Part shown: positions 23,663 to 32,916 of the stretch, piece by piece
Layout: every line of letters begins with the position of its first letter
Numbering within the stretch: the first letter of the stretch is position 1
Source of the DNA: an uncultured Hormoscilla sp.
GTDB taxonomy: Bacteria; Cyanobacteriota; Cyanobacteriia; Cyanobacteriales; Desertifilaceae
Assembly: GCA_963921275.4 (NCBI GenBank)
Contig: OZ001293.3
Coordinates: forward strand, 2,144,001 to 2,208,000
DNA length: 64,000 bases
Direction of reading: 5' to 3'
Notes under the pieces: model-generated
The model's input: only the letters and a program-made list of their open reading frames with translations
The model's database searches: none
What the model was told of the DNA's origin: nothing
Translations under genes and position numbers: made by a program

Positions 23663-23938
23663 TCACCTTAAATAGCGCAGATATGTTACCAACAAACCCA
23701 CCATCGAGACCACACAGGCAGCATTCCAGAGAAACAGCCACTAGGGACGCCACCAACCACCCGTGAACACTTCCACAATGTCCGATAGCCCGAAGAAAAA
23801 GAAAGTTAATGCAGCGACAATAGACCAGGTCCGACCAAGACCAGATTGTTTTATAGATCTCACAGCGAATACTGCCGCAAAGATACTCCAGATCGCCGCT
23901 TCAATATAATTACCATGTTCGTAGATTGCCTGCAACAT
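23663..23938 (-). pseudogene. Small membrane protein with internal TAG
   Basis: GNYIEAAIW..FGLSDIVEV.TGGWWRP*WLFLWNAACV; stop at a Trp position. Confidence 0.6.
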
Positions 23939-24191
23939 ATTTGCCAGATCGGCTGCTTGTTATGGGGACTCCGAATGAGCAAAGGTCCACCAGGACCAGA
24001 TCCCTTCACAGGTAAGGAGAAAGAAAAGCACAGTTAGTCTGATCCAAGCAGCGGGCGTCATCGCCCAAACTCGTCTTTTGTTCCCAGGTTCCATTTCTGC
24101 TCAATTCCCTTGGCCTACTTTCAGATATAATATATCTTAACATCCATTATTCTACCTGCTCCCAGGCAAGACAAGTCCTGCAAACTGACAA

Positions 24192-24905
24192 ATGAACAAC
24201 ATGCTACAAATTTCTGGGTTAAATGTATACTATGGTGAGAGCCACATTCTCCGAGAAGTGGATTTGCACCTCCCTGCTGGACAAATGGTTTGCCTAATTG
24301 GACGTAATGGTGTGGGCAAAACTACTCTCCTGAAGACAATTATGGGATTGCTCAAACCCCGCACGGGTACAATAACATTAACGGGAGAGTCGATCGCCTC
24401 TTTATCACCCGATCGACGGGCGCGTCGGGGGATAGGTTACGTTCCCCAAGGACGGGAAATAATCCCTCGGTTAACAGTGAAGGAAAACTTGTTGCTGGGT
24501 TTAGAGGCCCGTCCAGGTGGGATAAAAAAGGCCGATCAGGCAATTCCCCAGGAGATATTGGAGTTATTTCCAGTCTTAGAAACAATGCTGTCGCGCCTGG
24601 GGGGGGATCTGAGTGGCGGACAACAGCAACAATTGGCGATCGCCCGGGCCTTAATGGGGCGTCCGCAGCTACTCTTATTAGACGAACCCACAGAAGGCAT
24701 ACAACCTTCAATCATATTAGAAATAGAGGCAGCAGTGAGCCGCATCATTGCTGCCACAGGCATTTCCGTCTTATTAGTAGAACAACACCTGCACTTTGTC
24801 CGGCAAGCAGATTGGTACTATGCTATGCAAAAGGGAGGTATTGTCGCTTCTGGCTCGACCGATGAACTCAGCAACAATGTGATTCAAAGATTTCTCGCAG
24901 TGTAA
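24192..24905 (+). CDS. urtE: Urea ABC transporter ATP-binding subunit
   Basis: GRNGVGKTT, YVPQGREI, LSGGQQQQLAIARAL, DEPTEGIQPSII. Confidence 0.9.
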   Translation: MNNMLQISGLNVYYGESHILREVDLHLPAGQMVCLIGRNGVGKTTLLKTIMGLLKPRTGTITLTGESIASLSPDRRARRGIGYVPQGREIIPRLTVKENLLLGLEARPGGIKKADQAIPQEILELFPVLETMLSRLGGDLSGGQQQQLAIARALMGRPQLLLLDEPTEGIQPSIILEIEAAVSRIIAATGISVLLVEQHLHFVRQADWYYAMQKGGIVASGSTDELSNNVIQRFLAV

Positions 24906-24995
24906 TAGAAAATTGTGAATGGAAAATTGTGAATCGAGAATTGTGAATAGCAAATTGAGCAACTGTAGGTTGGGTTTCGTGCCTCAACCAAACAG

Positions 24996-25251
24996 CAACC
25001 ACCGATGAATAACGGCACAAAACCTAACAGCAACCATAGTAGGGTGGGCAGTGCCCACTTTACGTTTGATTGAGCAATTAGCAATGAACCATTAGCAATG
25101 AACTATTAGTTGAGGCACGAAACCCAACAGCAACTACCGATGAATAACGGCACAAAACCTAACAGCAACCACAGTAGGGTGGGCAGTGCCCACTTTACGT
25201 TTGATTGAGCAATTAGCAATTAGCAATGAACCATTAGCAATGAACTATTAG
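24996..25251. repeat. Tandem duplication of a ~115-bp block with a GTAGGGTGGGCA..GCCCAC palindrome and TTAGCAA heptamers
   Basis: 24996-25109 is nearly identical to 25131-25251. Confidence 0.75.
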
Positions 25252-25907
25252 CTACGATCGGCTTCGGCGCTCAACTTCACCAGGGATTTATTTCGGTGAA
25301 ACAGGGCCTCTCGATCGTCTGGTTGGAGTTTGAGGGCTTCGTCGCAGGAGGCGATCGCCTCTTGATAGCGACCGAGGTGAAAGAGGGCGATGGCCTGCTG
25401 AGTCCAGGCGCTAGGCAGGTTAGGTTGGAGTTTCAACACCTGATGCCAATTGCCGATCGCATCATTGTAGCGCTCCGTTACCATCAGCATATTGCCCCTC
25501 CATAACCAAGCTTCATGTCGAAGGGGTTCAATTGCCACAGCCTTTTCATAGCTGGCGATCGCCTCATCATAGCGCTTTAAAGCACCCAGCAGAGTGCCCC
25601 GGTTTAACCAGGGGTCATAGGAATGTGGTTGAATCTCTAAAGCCCGATCGTAGCAAGCGAGGGCTTCTTCATAGGGATTTAAGTTCTTCAAGGCCACGCC
25701 CCGATTACTCCAAGCAATGTCGTATTCTGGTTGAATCTCTAAAGCCCGATCGTAGCTAGCAACGGCCTCTTCATAGCGGCCCAAGTTACTCAGGGCCAAA
25801 GCGCGATTCGCCCAAGCTTCATAGAGGTCGGGTTTGAGGCTCAGGGCCTGGTCCCAACAGCCGATCACCCCTTGATAATTCTGCGCGTCAAATTGCTCAT
25901 TACCCTG
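25248..25907 (-). pseudogene. TPR-repeat protein, 5' end cut by an IS200/IS605 remnant
   Basis: Repeated YEEAxASYDRALEIQP TPRs; frame runs up to the element right end. Confidence 0.7.
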
Positions 25908-26430
25908 TTGACACTCCCTGCGTTCTTTACGACGGGGATTCTCTGTTCAGCGAGTCTCCGTTAGCCAGCAGGGCGGACCCAACCAGCCAAGAGGGAGTCT
26001 CTTCGGGAGCGTATATTTTCGTGTGCCCCACGATATTTAGGGTACGAATGGCCTCGTCAATGGCTTCGTACTGATGGGGTTTAGCTTTAATCTTGAACTC
26101 TTGTACTATCATGACCTTATACTAGCACGCTTGGCATAAGACAGGGACTAAAGTCCCCCTCACAGGGGTAGGTTTTTACCATTAGGTTTGTTTGAGGGGG
26201 TAAAAGGGTGAAGGAGTGAGGGGGTGAAGAGGATATTTTCTTAAATATACTTAAATATATATAGACGATTGTGAGATGAGACAGCTTCGGAGTCCCCCAC
26301 TCTCCCACTCTCCCCCTCACAAGGATCTCTCAAAATGAAAAACCTGCCCTTGTAAGCTAAAGTCCCCTGGGTCGCTTTTCATCCCTGCTCTAAAGAGACA
26401 GGGCTTTCAAGCGACCACCAAACTTTCGTA
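25908..26430 (-). mobile_element. tnpB: Internally deleted IS200/IS605 (TnpB) element
   Basis: TnpB-like N-terminus (MIVQEFKIKAKPHQYEAIDEAIRT) fused to its C-terminus (VGHT..NRESP); right end ...GGGAGTGTCAA; hairpinned left end; left boundary approximate. Confidence 0.7.
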
Positions 26431-26467
26431 AAGCGAGTAAAAAATATTTCGTCAGGCCAGCATCGAC

Positions 26468-28426
26468 ATGAATTACGAACCCCTGCACCAGAAGTATCGC
26501 CCCCAGACTTTCGCCCAACTGGTGGGACAAGAGGCGATCGCCACCACCTTAAGCAACGCCCTGCGCACCAACCGGATCGCCCCCGCCTACCTATTTGCCG
26601 GTCCCCGAGGCACTGGCAAAACCTCCAGCGCCCGCATTCTCGCGAAATCTCTCAACTGTTTGAGCAGCAATGGACCTACCGATACCCCTTGCGGCGAATG
26701 TCAGATGTGCCAATCAATTATCAAAGGCACATCTCTAGACGTAATCGAAATTGACGCCGCTAGCAACACTGGGGTTGATAATATCCGAGAACTGATCGAA
26801 AAAGCACAATTCGCCCCAGTCCAAGGTCGCTACAAAGTATACACAATAGACGAAACCCATATGCTTAGCGTATCCGCATTCAACGCGATGCTCAAGACAT
26901 TAGAAGAACCCCCAGAACGAGTAGTCTTTGTGCTAGCAACAACTGACCCTCAAAGAGTTTTGCCTACCATCATCTCTCGCTGTCAGCGATTTTATTTTCG
27001 TCGCATTCCTTTAGCAGCAATGGTAAAGCATTTGAGGCACATTGCCGAGGGAGAAAACATCGCCATTACTGATGAAGCTATTACCCTAGCTGCCCAAATT
27101 TCCCAAGGGGGACTGCGGGATGCCGAAAGTTTACTCGATCAACTCAGCTTACAGCCCGGTGAGGTGAGGCCAGAACATGTCTGGGATTTGGTGGGTTCGG
27201 TGCCAGAACGGGATTTGCTTGCCCTGATAAGCGCGATCGCATCTGACGATAACCTGAGTTTACTCGCACAATGCCGATCGATCGTCGAGCGCGGCAAGGA
27301 ACCGGCGATCGTCCTGCAAAACATCGCCAGTTTCTACCGAGATTTACTAATTGCCAAAACTGCACCCCAGCGGAGTGATTTAGTGGCGATGACTCCCCCC
27401 ACTTGGGAGGCATTATGTAAGTTAGCTGACAAGTTTTCCCCATCAATTATTTTAGCAGGACAAAAGCACCTCAAAGATAGTGAATATCAAATCAAACACA
27501 CTACCCAACCCAGTTTATGGTTAGAAGTGACCCTGTTGGGTTTGTTGCCATCAGCCCTCACTCAACAGCCTGATCGCAATAGCAAAAAGGTTTCTCAGGC
27601 TGCAAATAAAACTATAACATCTTCACAGCCAGAAAAAACAGATCGCAGTTCTCCACCCGTAGGAAAACCTCCCCAAAGTGTGATCGCCTCTGCAGCTTCT
27701 GAGAACAAATCTCCTGCTGCACCAACAGCAAATCCGGTGGCGGAACCTAGGGCTAAAGTTGAACCGATGGAGATGCCTGAGTCAGTTGAATACGAGCAAA
27801 TTTGGCAACAGGCAATTAAGGAGATCGAAGTGAACAGCACTCGCACGATGCTAATTCAACACGGACAGCTACTGGCAATTGAGAGTTCTACTGTTATAGT
27901 TAGCATCAGATCAAAGCCCTTGCTGGATATGGTTAAGAATTCTTTACCCAAAGTGGAAACTGCCTTTTCCACAGTTCTCCAGCGCCCCGTCAAGGTAAAT
28001 TTAGTAGTAGCATCAGCCCAGCAGTCTCAACCTGCTGCTGTTAAACAGCCGCCATCCCCCACAAACACCCGTCCGACAACAGAAACAAACCAGCCGGCGG
28101 TGTCCGGAGCGTGCCGATCGCGTAGCGTGCGCGCAGCGCATGTCCTTCAGGACAAGAGCACGCTCCAGACGCCGGACGCAGCCAACTCGGAAAAGGCGAT
28201 CATTACCAAAGAATCTGCCAGGATGCAAGCCCTCCGCCAGGAGAAAAAGGCTGTGACGGAAGCTGCTGAAAGCTTGGCTACATCTTTCGGCGGAGAGTTG
28301 ATATCCTTGTCCTCAGAGTTCCTCAACCAAACCCCCGTCGAGAGAACCCATCCCAAAGCTACCGACCAGCAGCAACCCGATCGGGTTGCAGAAGAGGATG
28401 ATGAAGAAGATGAGATCCCCTTCTAA
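26468..28426 (+). CDS. dnaX: DNA polymerase III subunit gamma/tau
   Basis: KYRPQTF, GPRGTGKTSSAR, EIDAASN, SRCQRF, acidic DEIPF tail. Confidence 0.95.
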   Translation: MNYEPLHQKYRPQTFAQLVGQEAIATTLSNALRTNRIAPAYLFAGPRGTGKTSSARILAKSLNCLSSNGPTDTPCGECQMCQSIIKGTSLDVIEIDAASNTGVDNIRELIEKAQFAPVQGRYKVYTIDETHMLSVSAFNAMLKTLEEPPERVVFVLATTDPQRVLPTIISRCQRFYFRRIPLAAMVKHLRHIAEGENIAITDEAITLAAQISQGGLRDAESLLDQLSLQPGEVRPEHVWDLVGSVPERDLLALISAIASDDNLSLLAQCRSIVERGKEPAIVLQNIASFYRDLLIAKTAPQRSDLVAMTPPTWEALCKLADKFSPSIILAGQKHLKDSEYQIKHTTQPSLWLEVTLLGLLPSALTQQPDRNSKKVSQAANKTITSSQPEKTDRSSPPVGKPPQSVIASAASENKSPAAPTANPVAEPRAKVEPMEMPESVEYEQIWQQAIKEIEVNSTRTMLIQHGQLLAIESSTVIVSIRSKPLLDMVKNSLPKVETAFSTVLQRPVKVNLVVASAQQSQPAAVKQPPSPTNTRPTTETNQPAVSGACRSRSVRAAHVLQDKSTLQTPDAANSEKAIITKESARMQALRQEKKAVTEAAESLATSFGGELISLSSEFLNQTPVERTHPKATDQQQPDRVAEEDDEEDEIPF

Positions 28427-28487
28427 TGGAAAATTGTGAATTTGGGCAGGCATGGAGCATTAACCATTTTCCGTTAAGTATTCGCAA

Positions 28488-29010
28488 TCATTCATAAAGA
28501 TAGCGTACCCCCAAATGATGAGCTATCTTATCTAGAAGCAGCTCTTCTGGGAAAGGCTTACTGATAAAATTATCCCAAGTATTGGGAAAGGCAATTACCT
28601 GGTCTGACTCCCAAGCATTAGCAGTCATAGCAACGATAGCTGTTGCCTGACCTTTGAGCTTAGATATAATATGGTTAGTAGCCTCATAGCCATCCATCAC
28701 GGGCATCCGCAGATCCATCAAGATTAGGTAGGATGACCTAGTTGACCAGACATTAATTGCTTCTTCACCATTGGCCGCTTCTAGCACTTCAAAGCCTAGG
28801 GATGTCAGCAGCTTTACTAGCCTTTTGCGGTCGGACCAGCAGTGGGAAGCTACGAGCAGGCGATATCTAGGTTGTTCCGTTCAAGAGCGATCGCCCGCCT
28901 TTTTGGCATTTGCATCTGCACCTCAGGCGCAGATGCCAGATCGACTTGGATATCAAAAGTAAAAGTACTGCCCATACCACCTCTACTGTTAACAGTAATA
29001 TCTCCGCATC
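28488..29010 (-). pseudogene. Hybrid histidine kinase/response regulator remnant
   Basis: GEITVNS..GMGSTFTF followed by a broken receiver domain (EAANGEEA, LMDLRMPVMDGYEAT, FISKPF). Confidence 0.7.
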
Positions 29011-29222
29011 TAGGCTGCACCACCACAACAGGCCCAAGGCCAAAAAGTAAAAAACTGCCAGTCCGATAGAGTTAACCCCTTTTCTTCCTATTCTCAACCC
29101 CGATCGCGTAGCGTGCGCGCAGCGCATTCGATGGAAATTACCTGAATTTTTGGTTGTTGCTTTTTAACAACTCACCCGCTCTAGGCGATCCGGGAGGCGC
29201 GCTCTTCGCTGTTAATGCTGCT

Positions 29223-29665
29223 TTAACCTGGGCAAACACACTCAGCCAGTCTCCCAGTTTTGTTTGACGATCGGGGCCGCATTGTCGGATACCAAGGGCT
29301 ATTTGATCGATCTAGGAACCAGCGCCAGTCAGGAGAAAAAGGTAGCAGCACCCAGACAGGTTTTCCTAAAGCACCTGCTAGATGGGCAACTGCTGTATCT
29401 ACAGAAATTACTAAGTCTAATTGTGAGATAACAGCAGCAGTATCAGCGAAGTCATTCAACAGCTCTCTTAAATCCTGTATAGGTGCCCCATCCAGGATAT
29501 CTGTATATTCCTTTTGCAAACTATAAAGAGAAATCCCTGGTATCTGCGACAGTTCCAGAAACAGGGAAACCGGACAAGACCGCTTGCTAGCTGTAAGACT
29601 TTTAGCATTAACAGCCCACACAATGCCGACTTTTACCTCTCCTTCCCTTCGTAGTAAGATACACT
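29223..29665 (-). pseudogene. TPR-glycosyltransferase (GT9-like) C-terminal fragment
   Basis: KVGIVWA, YSLQK, DFADTAA, VDTAVAHLAGALG, SPWYPTMR. Confidence 0.75.
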
Positions 29666-29667
29666 TT

Positions 29668-29970
29668 ATGGCGTCCTTCTCTTCAGCGTACAAATTGCTG
29701 GGAATTATTGCTTATCGGACGAGGGAATACGATCGGGCGATCAACTATTTCCAACAGGTGATGTCTATAAAGCCAAATTGGCATGAGACTTATAATAATC
29801 TGGGGGCTTGCTTCTGGGAACAGGGAAAAATAGAACAGGCGATCGCTGCCTACAAACAGGCGATCGCAGTGAAGCCTGATTATCTTGATGCTTATGATAA
29901 CCTGGCTTTTGCCCTGGAAAAACAGGGCAAAAGATTAGATATGCGCGAGACGCACCCCAAAATGGCCTAG
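29668..29970 (+). pseudogene. TPR fragment
   Basis: AYKLLGII..YNNLG..AYDNLAFAL TPRs with no proper N-terminus. Confidence 0.6.
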
Positions 29971-30089
29971 TTTAGCCCTCCCATGGCCCAGGAACAGCCC
30001 GGCCTGCTTTAGTCAAAAATGAGCCTAAGCTAGCCAGGTTAAGACAGAACCAGAAAAAGATATATTACCATGACCGGGTGCTACCTCAG

Positions 30090-30300
30090 AATACGTCCAG
30101 CTAACAATTTCAGGAAACAGTAACATTATTAGTAGTAACGACCAACACCGGCTGTTCTTTGTCAGAAGCAGTACCGTCAATTTCGATAACCTGACCTTTA
30201 GCAACGGGGGCCCAGGGAGACAATAGCGGCGGGGCGGCAGGCATAAGCGGTGCCCTGTTTGTCTTTAAAGGGACCGTCAGAATGACCAACTCTCAGTATA
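30090..30300 (+). pseudogene. Fragment of a surface beta-helix/adhesin-type protein
   Basis: TISGNSNIISSNDQHRLFFVRS..NLTFSNG..GGAAGISGALFV. Confidence 0.45.
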
Positions 30301-30754
30301 GCATAAAAAAGTAATTTTATGTATCAGAGACGAAAAAAACCTAAATATCCGTAAAGTCTAAGTAAGTAGGTAATTTATATTTGTTAAGATTTGTTAAATA
30401 GGTCGCAACTTGAGTTATGATAGACTTCGGTGCGACTCGTTCCGGCGTAAGTCAGAAATATGACGATAGTCGGGCTAGTATTACACCAGCACCTCAAAAT
30501 CAATTCAGCAACCAAAAAATGAAGCATAAATCTTTTACCAACACCATCGTAGTAGTGGATGCCTCCCTAGAAAACTACCAGCAGCTTATAGACGGCATCC
30601 GGCCTGGGGCCAAATCTTTCCTCTTAGATCTTCGGTCCGATGGCATCAAACAGATCGGCGAACTTCTCCGACAGCATAAAGAAACAGAGGTTCTGCACCT
30701 ACTTTCCCACGGCAGCCCTGGCTGTCTGTATCTGGGAAACTCCCAACTGAGTTT

Positions 30755-31625
30755 GGATGGGGTCGAGCCGGGAATCGCTTCCCGACCCTCCCTTGAGGAA
30801 CCGGACTTGCGATTTTCACCGCATCCGGCTACTGGGTACTAGGCCCTTTTCATAGGTAGACTTAATAGGAATTACTTCCGTTAGCCCTTGCCGCCTGTCT
30901 TTTCTTCCCTTTCCTGGTTTAGCGAGTGGTTGTTCTGATAACCGTTAGTATCACCATTTTCAAGTCAGTTTTACCAGTTATCCATACCTTATCCTCCACT
31001 TGCGTTTCGGATTAGTTCCGTGGCTTTTTAGGATTACTCATTCCAGCAGCTTCCTAGTATCACCGACCCACGTCAGCGCTGGCTACCCAGCATCATCTAC
31101 ATTACTGTAGATGTTATCCCAGGAATTACCCCGGGCATTCGCTTCTTGGGCCATCCCTCCCCCCGTGGCTTGCGCTTAACATCTAACTTGTCCTGATGGA
31201 CAGCACACGAGAGGTTACTTCGTTCCCTAACAACATTTCGCGATACCTTTAGGTCCACACTATACCCCGGGAGCTATTTGAGTACTATATTAGCCAGAGT
31301 CTAAAACTAATACTAGCTACCATTTCCTTTTTAGGCCAGCGCATATAGCCTTATTTCGCTGGTTCCTTATAACGAGGCTTGCACATGTTTGCCTGCTCTA
31401 ACCTTGGATATCTTTCCTAGCGGCGTCACCGGCTTAGGCTGCCAGTTATCCTACATTTGAGTCCTCGCTTAGCACCACGATGATGTCGCTTCGTAGCACC
31501 GAGGACCGGTGTCACCCCCGTACCTGGGGGGAGGGGAATTTAACCCCCATGCGGTCAGAGTTCCCGGCTAATGAAACCGGGCTAGCGTTCCGTGTTTGAC
31601 CACGTTAGGCTAGAACGAATCGCAC
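30755..31625 (-). mobile_element. ORF-less group II intron, copy 1 (antisense to host)
   Basis: 5' GTGCGATTCGTT, domain V AGCCGGATGCGGTGAAAATCGCAAGTCCGGTTC, domain VI hairpin with bulged A, no RT ORF. Confidence 0.93.
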
Positions 31626-32091
31626 AGATCCTCTAGGAGATTACGCCTCTACCCTGCAGAAGTGGAAGGTAAAACAACTCCTACTCTACGGCTGTAACGT
31701 CGCCGCCGGAGATGCAGGAGAGGAGTTGATGACTAAGCTACAGGCCCTGACCGGGGCATCCCTCGCCGCCTCTACTACCCGGACAGGGGCAGCAGCCCGG
31801 GGCGGAAATTGGAAGTTGGAGTGGCGAACTCCGGGGATGAAAACTCCCTTAGCATTGTCCGCAGAAGCTCAGATGGCCTATGGGGGCATATTGATCTCCC
31901 AGCAGGAGTATCAGGCCTTAAGGGCTCTCTATCAAAGCACCAATGGGGCTTCTTGGATTAACAATACAGGCTGGCGGGACTGGAATTTCAACAGCCTAAC
32001 TCCCCCCGATGCTTCTGTTGTTCATGCTCGTTGGCATGGGGTGACGGTAGCTAACGACAAGGTGATTAACCTCCGGCAGAGCTCCAACGGA

Positions 32092-32612
32092 CTGACTGGC
32101 AGCATCCCGACGGAGTTAGAGAATCTTTCCAATTTAAAGATTCTCCGGCTGTTCTCCAACCAACTGACTGGCAGCATCCCGACGGAGTTAGGGAATCTTT
32201 CCAATTTGGAGGATCTCCGGCTGCACAACAACCTCCTGACTGGCAGCATCCCGACGGAGTTAGGGAATCTTTCCAATTTGGATGTGCTCGACCTGTTCTC
32301 CAACCAACTGACTGGCAGCATCCCGACGGAGTTAGGGAATCTTTCCAATTTGGATGTGCTCCGGCTGTACGGAAACCTCCTGACTGGCAGCATCCCGACG
32401 GAGTTAGGGAATCTTTCCAATTTGGAAAATCTCTTGCTGTTCAACAACCAACTGACTGGCAGCATCCCGACGGAGTTAGGGAATCTTTCCAATTTGGACG
32501 CTCTCTTTCTGAACAACAACCTCCTGACTGGCAGCATCCCGACGGAGTTAGGGAATCTTTCCAATTTGTCATTTCTCTGGCTGAACTCCAACCAACTGAC
32601 TGGCACCATCCC
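32092..32612 (+). repeat. 72-bp tandem repeats encoding 24-aa plant-type LRRs (7 plus a partial)
   Basis: LTGSIPTELGNLSNLxxLxLxxNx. Confidence 0.9.
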
Positions 32613-32916
32613 CCAAGGGGTCATAAATTTGAGGGCTGACAAGCGATTGGAAAACCCCCCTTATGTTTTAACCGAGATTCCCGACGTCCAACTCTTGCTA
32701 GGTAATAACCTCAACATAGACATTAGCGACAACTTCTCCGACATCAATGATAACATCAACAACTACACAGCTACCGGTTTACCAGGGGGCGTAACCATCA
32801 ACTCTCAGGGAGTTATCAGCGGTACCCCTACTACCGCAGACACCTTTACCGTAACGGTAACCGCCATCGACGCAGTGAGCAATCAAGGGACAGATATCTT
32901 TAACATTGTTATAAGG

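Noticed and set aside
26468..28426. Intein in DnaX
   Set aside because: The ATPase core is contiguous; extra length is low-complexity linker plus repeat inserts
30757..30842. Shared C-terminal peptide GVEPGIASRPSLEEPDLRFSPHPATGY in ORFs 30417, 55893 and 62493
   Set aside because: It is read-through into the antisense strand of intron domains V-VI, not a protein tag
32092..32612. Repeat-spacer-like pattern resembling CRISPR or a DGR variable region
   Set aside because: Units are in-frame LRR codons with internal constant positions; no cas genes, RT or template repeat in the window; changes are not adenine-specific
32022..32642. 206-aa minus-strand repeat ORF and other short overlapping ORFs
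   Set aside because: Antisense shadows of real genes or repeats
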